Origin: Pseudomonadota bacterium
GTDB taxonomy: Bacteria; Bdellovibrionota; FAC87; UBA2466
NCBI GenBank assembly: GCA_031425635.1
Contig: JANPJT010000098.1
Location: 1-46,581, forward strand
Direction of reading: 5' to 3'
DNA length: 46,581 bases
A program made the translations under genes and the position numbers. The notes below the pieces were generated by a model, which was not told where the DNA came from, ran no database searches, and saw only the letters and a list, made by a program, of their open reading frames with translations. The stretch's first letter is position 1. Each line of letters starts with the position of its first letter. Shown here one piece after another: positions 1 through 7,700 of the stretch.

Positions 1-248
1 GTGTGCATCACTCTGAAGCCCACCATCTTCCCCGTTTTCTCGTCCAAATAGGGCACAACCCGGCCGGCGGTTAGTAAGGGCGTGACGTTAGCAGCGTAAG
101 TACTTGCCCACGCTTGAGGCACTTCGATTTGGATTTCGGGAGTCGAAACTGCTTTTGATGGAGTCCTCCGCAGCGCGAAGAAGCTCGCCGAAACGAGAAG
201 CAGGACAGCGAGTAAAACGAACCATTGAAGGGGGCGCATTGTTTTCAT
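1..248 (-). CDS. Partial CDS (3' end outside window): N-terminal membrane anchor followed by a region resembling the start of a GspC-type PDZ domain
   Basis: Not in the ORF track. Manual translation from ATG at 248 gives MKTMRPLQWFVLLAVLLLVSASFFALRR...AGRVVPYLDEKTGKMVGFRVMH, open to the window edge. RVVP...GKMVGFRV resembles the segment leading into GspC PDZ domains. Confidence 0.55.
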   Translation of the reverse strand, partial: MKTMRPLQWFVLLAVLLLVSASFFALRRTPSKAVSTPEIQIEVPQAWASTYAANVTPLLTAGRVVPYLDEKTGKMVGFRVMH

Positions 249-344
249 GGAAGGCTTCTACCATACCTTCGGCGTTTGTCGACCGGCTGCGAAAATCCTC
301 TCGCACCAGCCCGAAGAGTTGTAACCGGGCCATGGGAGCCCCGT

Positions 345-992
345 TCACCGAGCCTCTTTGGCTATTGGCCTAAAAGACCTTAGAGCGACGTCTACCGCTC
401 CTTCCAAAAACCGCCGATCCTGGATTGCCTTGCTCAGCGCATTGATACCCTGCGTAAGCACGATAAGCTGGCACGCCCCGTCGCTGGCCGAGATTTTTCG
501 GGATATCACTTTTTGGGATTGCCCACGCCGAATAACGCGCAACCAAAACTCTTTCCAATTCAGGAAACCATCGTGTGAAATCTGCTGGAAAGATTTTTTT
601 AGTCCGGCCAACTCCACACAGGTATTGGTGTTCAAACAACCGAGCTGAGTTCGTTCATTGACCGCATGTTCAATCAAGAGAGAAAAAAAACGCTCGATCC
701 CCACCATCGCATTCTCGGACGCCTCAACGACCTCGCGGCGACGCAGTACCACACTTTTGCGGTAGTACTTAAGCGCTTCCATATACAGGCGCTCTTTACT
801 TGCATACTGGCTATAAAGGGCGCCTAAGCTTGCGCCGCCCTCCTGGTGAATGTCTCGGAGAGAAGTAGCGTGGTAGCCCTTTCGCCAGAAAAGCGCAGTA
901 ATTCGACTCATCGTTTCTTCAGCCGTTCTGTTCCGCGGGCGCCCGCGAGATTGGCGAAGGGAACCACGAAGTTTTTTCTGAGGAGCAGGCAT
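345..992 (-). CDS. TetR/AcrR family transcriptional regulator (NemR-like C-terminal GCL motif)
   Basis: N-terminal RGRPR...LFWRKGYHATSLRDI...GALYSQYASKERLY HTH; C-terminal GCLNTN. Divergent from the doxX operon. Confidence 0.92.
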   Translation of the reverse strand: MPAPQKKLRGSLRQSRGRPRNRTAEETMSRITALFWRKGYHATSLRDIHQEGGASLGALYSQYASKERLYMEALKYYRKSVVLRRREVVEASENAMVGIERFFSLLIEHAVNERTQLGCLNTNTCVELAGLKKSFQQISHDGFLNWKEFWLRVIRRGQSQKVISRKISASDGACQLIVLTQGINALSKAIQDRRFLEGAVDVALRSFRPIAKEAR

Positions 993-1015
993 TTAAAGAA
1001 CGATCGCTCTATAAA
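992..1015. promoter_or_regulatory. Probable TetR operator palindrome
   Basis: TTTAAAGAACGATCGCTCTATAAA matches its reverse complement at 20/24 positions, centred on CGATCG (1001-1006). It lies directly at the TetR start, between the divergent genes. Confidence 0.7.
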
Positions 1016-1084
1016 CTTGTTTCGTAAAGCTCTCAGTTAGTGCATCCTTAATGGGCGGGTTTAATTTTTGGTTGGGGGAATCAC

Positions 1085-1486
1085 TTGAACTGGCTCATCC
1101 TTCTGCTTCGGCTGATAGCGTCGGGGATTCTTTTACAGACACTTTTCTTTAAATTTTCTGCAGCTCCGGAATCAGTTTATATTTTTAGCACCCTTAACGC
1201 AGAACCCGGGGGCCGCTTGCTCTCGGGTGTCGTCGAAGCTATCGCTTCGGTGCTGCTTTTAATCCCGATAACCCAAGGCCTCGGCGGGCTCTTGGGAATA
1301 GCGGTAATGTCGGGAGCCATTCTAAGCCATTTGTTTATTCTGGGAATTGAAATCCAAGGGGACGGTGGACTCCTTTTTTGTTTGGCCGTCACCGTGTTTC
1401 TGGCCTGCACTGCCATCGTTTACTTTGACAGGAAGCACCTCATTCAGTGGTTGCCAATGCGCTTCCAAAGTTATTTCTCGAAATGA
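1085..1486 (+). CDS. DoxX family membrane protein
   Basis: Four hydrophobic segments; ILLQTLFFKFSAAPESVYIF...EP.GR...G..E...GAILSHLF.LGI...DGGLLF pattern; TTG start. Confidence 0.85.
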   Translation: MNWLILLLRLIASGILLQTLFFKFSAAPESVYIFSTLNAEPGGRLLSGVVEAIASVLLLIPITQGLGGLLGIAVMSGAILSHLFILGIEIQGDGGLLFCLAVTVFLACTAIVYFDRKHLIQWLPMRFQSYFSK

Positions 1487-1492
1487 GCTGAC

Positions 1493-3109
1493 GTGAGCAC
1501 CTACTTACGCGAAACCCTCTTTCGAAGCGATCGACTCGAAGTGCTTTGCTGCAGCTGGTCGATGGGCTCGGTTTCCAAACCCCATGACCACGGTCTCTCC
1601 ACTTGCGCAGTGGTAGTGCAAGAAGGGCTATTTGAGAATACGTTGCTCGGCGCCACGCCCGAAACTACTTTATTTGAAGCCGGTTCCGTCATTGTGACTC
1701 CGGCCAGGATCGCCCACTCCCTTCAGTGCGTTTCCGAAAAAGGCAAAACGATCCATTTTTACTCCCCTCCCCTTCGAGCGGAACCCGAACAAGGCGTTAG
1801 AAATTTTCGACCGCTCCCGATAGCCGAAATACGAGACGCGTCGGTTCGGATTCAACAAAGCGGAATGGATTTTTCCGAGCTGGAGGACGCCTTTCGGGTG
1901 ATTGAAAGCCGCTCGGTGACGACCGCTTCACCCTACTTCATGAACCAGCTTTTTTCTGGCTACCACCCGGAAGCTGTCCTGGCGGAGCAGTTTTTATCGA
2001 CTCACAAGACCACTTTGGCCACCTATGAAGCTAGTCCCGCGCTCACAGCGATAGAGCAGGAAGTCACTTCCCAACTCGGAACTTTAGTGGGCTGGAAGCG
2101 CAGCGAGGGGATCTCCGTTCCGGGCGGCAGTAGCGCGAATTTTATGGCGCTCCATTTGGCGCGCCACTTTAGGAACGCTTCGACGAAGGACGACGGCAAC
2201 GGAGCGGGTGAATATGCGATTTTTGTCTCGGATCAAGCGCACTATTCATTAAAGAAGGCGGCCGTTGTTTTGGGTTTTGGGGTAAAGAGCATTGTGCCGG
2301 TACAAACCGACGCCGCCGGACGGATGATCACGAGCGATCTTGAGAAGCAATTTGCCGCAGCAAAAGAGCGGGGCGCGAAGCCTCTCGCCGTCTGTGCCAC
2401 GTCGGGCACCACGGTTCTCGGGGCGTTTGATCCGATCGCTGAAATTGCCAAAGTCTGCGCCGAAAACAAGGCCTGGCTGCATGTGGACGCAGCGTGGGGG
2501 GGGCCCATTTTATTCTCGCCAGCCCACCGAAATTTGATGGCAGGGATTGAGCTAGCCGACTCGTTTACTTTTGATGGCCACAAGTTTTTTGGTGCTTCTT
2601 TGACGAGTAGCTTTTTAGTGAATCGGCACAGCGGCTTGTTGAGAGCCGCCAACGACGTTTCGGGCACGGAATACCTTTTCCATGACGACGACGGTATCGA
2701 TCTCGGAAGAATGTCTTGGCAATGCGGCAAGAAAAGCGATGCCCTATCGTTTTGGGCGATTTGGAAGCGTCGGGGGACTGACGGTTTGCGCCAGCTAGTG
2801 GAAACGCATTATCGCACACGCGACGAAGTCCTCGAATATGTTCGCACTCAACCAAGATTGCGGCTCGCCCATCAACCCGAATTTTTGAATCTTTGTGTTT
2901 ATGTTGACCCACCGCCGGGAGCGGCCCCGGACCCGCAGTATTCCAGAAAAATTCGCGAAGCGTTGATCCGGGATAATATAGCCATGGTAAACTATTCTGT
3001 GGATCGCGAAGGGGGATCGTTCTTACGCTTGATTTTTGCCCACCCCGATCTTCAATCGAAACACTGCATTGGTATTTTGGAGGCTGCCCTATCTACTACT
3101 TTTTCCTAA
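1493..3109 (+). CDS. Fusion of a cysteine dioxygenase-type cupin and a group II PLP-dependent decarboxylase (GAD/CSAD family)
   Basis: Residues 1-93: YLR, W..G..S..HDH..STC, AHSL, TIHFYSPP. Remainder: FMNQLFSG, TYEASP, PGGS.AN, HYS..KAA, ATSGTTVLGAFDP, WLHVDAAWGG, DSFTFDGHK (PLP lysine). Confidence 0.9.
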   Translation: MSTYLRETLFRSDRLEVLCCSWSMGSVSKPHDHGLSTCAVVVQEGLFENTLLGATPETTLFEAGSVIVTPARIAHSLQCVSEKGKTIHFYSPPLRAEPEQGVRNFRPLPIAEIRDASVRIQQSGMDFSELEDAFRVIESRSVTTASPYFMNQLFSGYHPEAVLAEQFLSTHKTTLATYEASPALTAIEQEVTSQLGTLVGWKRSEGISVPGGSSANFMALHLARHFRNASTKDDGNGAGEYAIFVSDQAHYSLKKAAVVLGFGVKSIVPVQTDAAGRMITSDLEKQFAAAKERGAKPLAVCATSGTTVLGAFDPIAEIAKVCAENKAWLHVDAAWGGPILFSPAHRNLMAGIELADSFTFDGHKFFGASLTSSFLVNRHSGLLRAANDVSGTEYLFHDDDGIDLGRMSWQCGKKSDALSFWAIWKRRGTDGLRQLVETHYRTRDEVLEYVRTQPRLRLAHQPEFLNLCVYVDPPPGAAPDPQYSRKIREALIRDNIAMVNYSVDREGGSFLRLIFAHPDLQSKHCIGILEAALSTTFS

Positions 3110-3966
3110 TGGGATCTTGCGCGCTAGTGGCGATGCTCGGCGGTTGTCAGAATCCAGCGGAGGTGGCCCGCTTACACTCTGAGGATTTCCATCGAGAGCT
3201 ACCCCAAAACCTCGTCCAATACCCGGGCTCCGATCGGCAGATGAGCGCCGCTTGGTCGGGATCACCGCAGAACCCTCCGATCATTTTTGTTCATGGCTCA
3301 CCCGGTTCATGGGACGGCTGGGCTGAATTTTTGATGTCGCCCAAGCTAACCGGAACTTTTCACCTGCTCGCAGTCGACCGCCCAGGCTTCGGAAAGTCCG
3401 AGCCTGGAAAGACGGAACGATCGCTGGCCTTGCAAGCGAGCAACATAGCCAAAGTCCTCGACCTAAACCAAAGCGGCAAGAAAGCGATACTGGTAGGCCA
3501 CTCTTTCGGCGGGCCTGTCATTGCCCGTATCGCTATGGACTACCCAAATCGGGTAGCAGCAATGGTCTTTGTTTCGAGCTCAGTGGATCCAGCGCTGGAA
3601 ACCACCAAATGGTACCAGTACCCCGCCGAGTGGTTCGTTTTTCGCTGGATGGTCCCGACTTCACTGCGTGTGTGTAATGAAGAAATTCGCGCACTAAAGA
3701 GCGAATTAGAGGAAATGGTTCCATTGTGGAAAAAAATTGAAATGACCCCGACCGTCATCTTGCACGGCTCCGATGACGACCTGGTCCCTGTCGCAAACGC
3801 GGATTTTATTGCTCGCCGAATCCACCCTGCTTCTTTGGTATCGATGAACGTTGTAGAGGGGTTGAACCACTTCATTCCCTGGAAACGGGCCGACTTGGTT
3901 TTCGATGCAATCGCCAAAGTAAGCCGTCACCTAGCGCCCACGCAAAACAAAGCCCCTTCAAGGTAA
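3109..3966 (+). CDS. Alpha/beta hydrolase, possibly exported or a lipoprotein
   Basis: FVHGSPG oxyanion motif, VDRPGFG, GHSFGG nucleophile elbow, HG..D.LVP, NHFIPW. Short hydrophobic N-terminus ending in LGGC. Start overlaps the upstream stop (TAATG). Confidence 0.88.
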   Translation: MGSCALVAMLGGCQNPAEVARLHSEDFHRELPQNLVQYPGSDRQMSAAWSGSPQNPPIIFVHGSPGSWDGWAEFLMSPKLTGTFHLLAVDRPGFGKSEPGKTERSLALQASNIAKVLDLNQSGKKAILVGHSFGGPVIARIAMDYPNRVAAMVFVSSSVDPALETTKWYQYPAEWFVFRWMVPTSLRVCNEEIRALKSELEEMVPLWKKIEMTPTVILHGSDDDLVPVANADFIARRIHPASLVSMNVVEGLNHFIPWKRADLVFDAIAKVSRHLAPTQNKAPSR

Positions 3967-3968
3967 CG

Positions 3969-5525
3969 ATGGCAGAATTTTTCGGAATTATTCTGGGCAC
4001 TTTTGTTGCAGAAGACATCGCCTTAGCAAGTGCCTTGTACTTGGTCTCCATCGAGAAACTTTCTCTCGTTGCCGCATTTCTAGCCTGCTCCCTGGGGATT
4101 GCGATCGGAGATGTCGCGTTGTTTTTTCTAGGCCGACTGATTGCGAGGTACTGGAGCTCCTCGAAAAATCGCTTTGTGCAGCCGATTTTGCGCCGCCACA
4201 AAAGCACGGCCCCGCGGCGTTTTGGTGCCACGGTTATTTTCGCTTCGCGGTTTGTACCGGGAACGCGATTGCCTACCTACGTTGGCGCCGGACTGACACA
4301 ATACAGTTTAAACTCCTTTCTCATTCTTACGGTTACCAGCGTACTCGCCTGGGTTGGGATGTCTTTCAGTGTGGCGGGCGGCCTCTTTCAGCTCGCTAAT
4401 GGTTACCTGTATTTAGCAGTGCCCGGCTTTTTTTTGGCCCTCGCGCTTTTGAGGTGGGGAATCCTGGGAGTGGTGAACCCGTGGCAACGAAAAGCCTACC
4501 GGTTCTCGTGGAGCAAGTACGCTTATTTTGAATTTTGGCCCAGCTGGGCGTTCTACCCTCCCGTGCTGGTTTGGTACGTTTGGCTTTCCATCCGGTATCG
4601 GAACCCTTTTCTTCCGCTTTATTCCAACCCCTCCATTTTAAACGGAGGGTTGATTGGTGAATCGAAAGGGGAAATTTATGACAGCCTTCGGAACGCCAAC
4701 CCCGCATTCCTGTTAAAAACCAAACTCGTGGTTTACTCCCCCACCCAAGAAAAAGAAGTAAGAAAGCTAGTTGAGGATCAACAGTTTCAGTTTCCACTGG
4801 TTCTCAAACCGGACAAAGGGCAAAGAGGTTACGGGGTTAAAGTTATTCGAAGCTTTGAGGAACTTGATCAATACTTCTGTCGATTCAACTTCGATTTACT
4901 GGTTCAAGAATACTGCGTGTGGAAGCACGAAGCAGGTATTTTCTACTACAGAATGCCCGACGAGAAAAAGGGCAGAATCTTCTCAATCACCGACAAGACC
5001 CTCCCCGAAGTCGTTGGCGATGGCCAAACGACCCTCGGAGATTTAATTCTTTCGGACCCGCGTGCGCGGCTCATTGCAATGACTTATTTTAAAGAGTTGG
5101 GCGGCCGAGAGAACGATGTGCCACCAGCCGGGCACCGTATTCTGCTCACGGAGACGGGTAACCATTGTAAAGGAGCCATTTTTAGTAACCACGCAGCCCT
5201 TTCCACGGCGGCGCTGCTCGCCACAATCGAAGAAATATTTGAAAGCATTCCCGGCTTCTTCATTGGGCGCCTCGACGTGCGTTATGAAAGTGCGGAGGCT
5301 TTGCGCGAGGGGCGCAATTTTAAAATCGTTGAGCTCAATGGGGCAGGCAGCGAGGCGACTCATATATGGGATCGCAACACCGGGCTGTTCGAAGCCTACC
5401 GTGTGCTTTTCCAACAGTGGGATATTTTGTTTAGAGTGGGTGAAATAGTCCGGGAAAAAGGCATCGGGAGACCCGTTAGCCTTTTTCAGCTAATCAGGGA
5501 TTACTTTGCCTTTGTTGCCACTTAA
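3969..5525 (+). CDS. DedA/VTT membrane domain fused to an ATP-grasp (D-Ala-D-Ala ligase-like) domain
   Basis: N-half: TFVAED, GIAIGD...F.LGR, SRFVPGTRLP.Y..AG (DedA). C-half: FPLVLKPDKGQRGYGV, LVQEY, GRLDVRY, IVELNG (ATP-grasp). Confidence 0.88.
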   Translation: MAEFFGIILGTFVAEDIALASALYLVSIEKLSLVAAFLACSLGIAIGDVALFFLGRLIARYWSSSKNRFVQPILRRHKSTAPRRFGATVIFASRFVPGTRLPTYVGAGLTQYSLNSFLILTVTSVLAWVGMSFSVAGGLFQLANGYLYLAVPGFFLALALLRWGILGVVNPWQRKAYRFSWSKYAYFEFWPSWAFYPPVLVWYVWLSIRYRNPFLPLYSNPSILNGGLIGESKGEIYDSLRNANPAFLLKTKLVVYSPTQEKEVRKLVEDQQFQFPLVLKPDKGQRGYGVKVIRSFEELDQYFCRFNFDLLVQEYCVWKHEAGIFYYRMPDEKKGRIFSITDKTLPEVVGDGQTTLGDLILSDPRARLIAMTYFKELGGRENDVPPAGHRILLTETGNHCKGAIFSNHAALSTAALLATIEEIFESIPGFFIGRLDVRYESAEALREGRNFKIVELNGAGSEATHIWDRNTGLFEAYRVLFQQWDILFRVGEIVREKGIGRPVSLFQLIRDYFAFVAT

Positions 5526-5583
5526 CATGACGCCAACGAGGTTACTTTCGGGTGGTCGCTTTAAGATCTATAACCAAGGAACA

Positions 5584-5970
5584 ATGATGGGCTTGCACAC
5601 AGTACTCGCATTTTCAGGGGGCATTCTGCTTACCCTTTTTTCATTTTGGGTGCTCTTTCGAAATGATACAAACAACATCCCATGGGTACTGCCTGCACTA
5701 CTGTCTTTGTCTTTTTTTCTATTTTCACTTTATACCAGCATTTCCGAGGGACCTCTTGGGTTTTGGGCCGATCACACTCGGAGCTTCTGGGGCAATCAGA
5801 TTTGGTTTGATCTGCTTCAGCTCTGTGGCATCGCTTGGTTTTTTGTAGTCCCTCGGGCCAAGGCGAAAGGCGTTCGGCTGGTTCCGTGGCTTGTGCTGAT
5901 AATTTGCACCGGAAGCATTGGCTTTCTGGCTTTGACCGCTCGCGTTCTGTACCTGGAGTCAAAAAGCTGA
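5584..5970 (+). CDS. Small four-TM membrane protein (DUF2834-like)
   Basis: AAGGA upstream of ATG 5584, in frame with track ORF 5506; WGNQIWFDLL and TGSIG.L motifs; hydrophobic throughout. Confidence 0.7.
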   Translation: MMGLHTVLAFSGGILLTLFSFWVLFRNDTNNIPWVLPALLSLSFFLFSLYTSISEGPLGFWADHTRSFWGNQIWFDLLQLCGIAWFFVVPRAKAKGVRLVPWLVLIICTGSIGFLALTARVLYLESKS

Positions 5971-6003
5971 AGCCAACGCTCGGCGGGGATTTCACATATA
6001 ATT

Positions 6004-6038
6004 CCACCTGGCGCCCAGCGGAGCGCCAGGTGGCTTTT
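6004..6038 (+). terminator. Intrinsic terminator between convergent genes
   Basis: Perfect 11-bp stem CCACCTGGCGC / GCGCCAGGTGG with an 8-nt loop, followed by CTTTT. Confidence 0.7.
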
Positions 6039-6055
6039 GCGCGCAAACCGCGGTC

Positions 6056-6523
6056 CTAGTAGACGACTTTCGTTAGCTTAGTGACTTCGGGCCACTTTTC
6101 ATTGGCCTTCTTAATGAAGCCTTCTTTGTCTGCGTTCCATTTTTTGGCAATGCTCGAATCGTAGTTGAGAAAGAGTTTACCTTCCACGATCGCAAACTGC
6201 TCGGGCTCTATCTTGGCTTTCGCTCCTTTGCTAACGCCGTAAGCGCAATAGCCGTTGTATTGAGGCGCGAACTTTTCCGGTGCCTTTGCAAATTCTTTCT
6301 GGTTCTTGGCATTTGCGAATCGAAAAGTTGATCCTTTATAAACGTGGGTAAATTCCGCGCTGCCAGCAACAGGCTTGCTGTCGGTGAAATAGGCAACGGG
6401 ATCGAAACCGTGGATCGCGACTCCATCTTTTTCAAAGAAATCGCCCGCAAAGAGGCTGCTAGAGGCGAGTCCGAACGCTACCCATCCTAACGCGAAAAAA
6501 GCTCCCATGATTCTGTTATTCAT
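6056..6523 (-). CDS. Secreted YHS-domain protein of the (seleno)protein family, Cys form
   Basis: Signal peptide; AIHGFDPVAYF, F.FAN..N...F...PEKFAPQYNGYCAYGV, IVEGKLFLNY, I.KA...W. Confidence 0.85.
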   Translation of the reverse strand: MNNRIMGAFFALGWVAFGLASSSLFAGDFFEKDGVAIHGFDPVAYFTDSKPVAGSAEFTHVYKGSTFRFANAKNQKEFAKAPEKFAPQYNGYCAYGVSKGAKAKIEPEQFAIVEGKLFLNYDSSIAKKWNADKEGFIKKANEKWPEVTKLTKVVY

Positions 6524-6590
6524 TTATGACTCCATAGTGTTAAGGCGAGGCTACCTATAGGGGCGCCTCGCCAGATTGTGTCGTAATCAT

Positions 6591-6620
6591 GTTAGTGGGC
6601 CTAACCTTCGAAACGTTACA
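6591..6620 (-). promoter_or_regulatory. Candidate ECF sigma promoter upstream of the YHS gene
   Basis: Minus strand reads TGTAAC-N18-ACTAAC, a GTAA-type ECF -35, between the YHS gene and the divergent ECF gene. Inferred only. Confidence 0.35.
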
Positions 6621-6726
6621 ATATTTTGTTAGATTCCCGGGGGCTCCGGGCCGCTCGAAAGAAAACGAAGATGCCTACAAAAGTGCGCGCGCAAGTGACG
6701 CCCCTCGCTTTCTCGAGTAGCGTTCG

Positions 6727-7353
6727 ATGATGGGTTCTAGTGAAGCACTGCGTTTTGCGTCTTGCCTAGGCATCGGTGAAACCGACTTCCTTCGGGCTTT
6801 AAGAGCACAAGAGTCTGCGGCAGTGACTGTTGTTATAAAGGAGTATACCCCGGTGCTTTACCGCACAGCGGTAGGTTTCGGACTCGCCGCGGACCATGCC
6901 GACGAAGTAGTCCAACTCACTTGGACCGGGTTCTTTAACGCATTGCCGCGGTTCGAAGGTCGATCGCAGATTAAAACTTTCCTCACCGCGATCTTGGTGA
7001 ACAAAGTACGTGAGCTGCGGCGCTCTCAAGCGAAAACGGGGGCTTCGGCGTCCATTGAAGCTGTTTGTGATTCGCAATTTGATGCCGAAGGAAACTGGAA
7101 TACCCGGCCCATCGAGCCTGAGCAGTTCTATCAAGCCACGCAAACCCTGAACCACTTGAACGAATGCTTAGAAGACCTCGCCGAAACGCACAGAATGGCG
7201 CTGCTTCTTCGGGAGTGGGAGGAGCGCCCCAAGGCGGAAATCTGTAACATTCTGGCAGTTTCAGAAACTAACTTGAGGGTGATGGTCCACCGGGCAAAAA
7301 CTAAACTGCGAGAGTGCCTTGAAGAAAAGGCCTTCGCCCCGATCGGGCTTTGA
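6727..7353 (+). CDS. ECF RNA polymerase sigma-70 factor
   Basis: ADEVVQ, FEGRSQIKTFL.AIL.NK (region 2), FDAEGNW linker, LLLREWE....EICNIL.VSETNLRVMVHRAK..LRECLE (region 4). Confidence 0.92.
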   Translation: MMGSSEALRFASCLGIGETDFLRALRAQESAAVTVVIKEYTPVLYRTAVGFGLAADHADEVVQLTWTGFFNALPRFEGRSQIKTFLTAILVNKVRELRRSQAKTGASASIEAVCDSQFDAEGNWNTRPIEPEQFYQATQTLNHLNECLEDLAETHRMALLLREWEERPKAEICNILAVSETNLRVMVHRAKTKLRECLEEKAFAPIGL

Positions 7354-7360
7354 ATTTTGA

Positions 7361-7672
7361 ATGCGGAAAACTTGGCGCGAAATTTTGCACGATGTTTTTT
7401 TTGCAATCGTTCCGACCCGGTGGCAAAAAATGGTGGGGACCTGTCAGCACATTACTGAGAAAGTCGCGCTATCGACGGAAACCTCTGCCTTCCAGAAACT
7501 TCAGATCGGGGCACATTTAGGGATTTGCCAGGCCTGCTGGCTTTACTTTGCACAACTGAAAATTCTCAGGAAAAGCTACCGGCGTTTGGTCGCACAGCGC
7601 CTGGCCGCTCTCTCTGGTGAGCACGTTTCCCAACAAACTAGTTTACTCATAGAGCGTTTTACAAAAAAATAG
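7361..7672 (+). CDS. Putative zinc-binding (zf-HC2/ZAS) anti-sigma factor
   Basis: TC...HLGICQAC (HxxxCxxC); lies directly downstream of the ECF sigma; no clear TM segment. Confidence 0.75.
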   Translation: MRKTWREILHDVFFAIVPTRWQKMVGTCQHITEKVALSTETSAFQKLQIGAHLGICQACWLYFAQLKILRKSYRRLVAQRLAALSGEHVSQQTSLLIERFTKK

Positions 7673-7700
7673 TGGATCAAAGTCCCGATTTCAAACACCC

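Noticed and set aside
6230-6260. Selenocysteine in the YHS protein
   Set aside because: The GYCAYG Cys is encoded by TGC, and there is no in-frame TGA.
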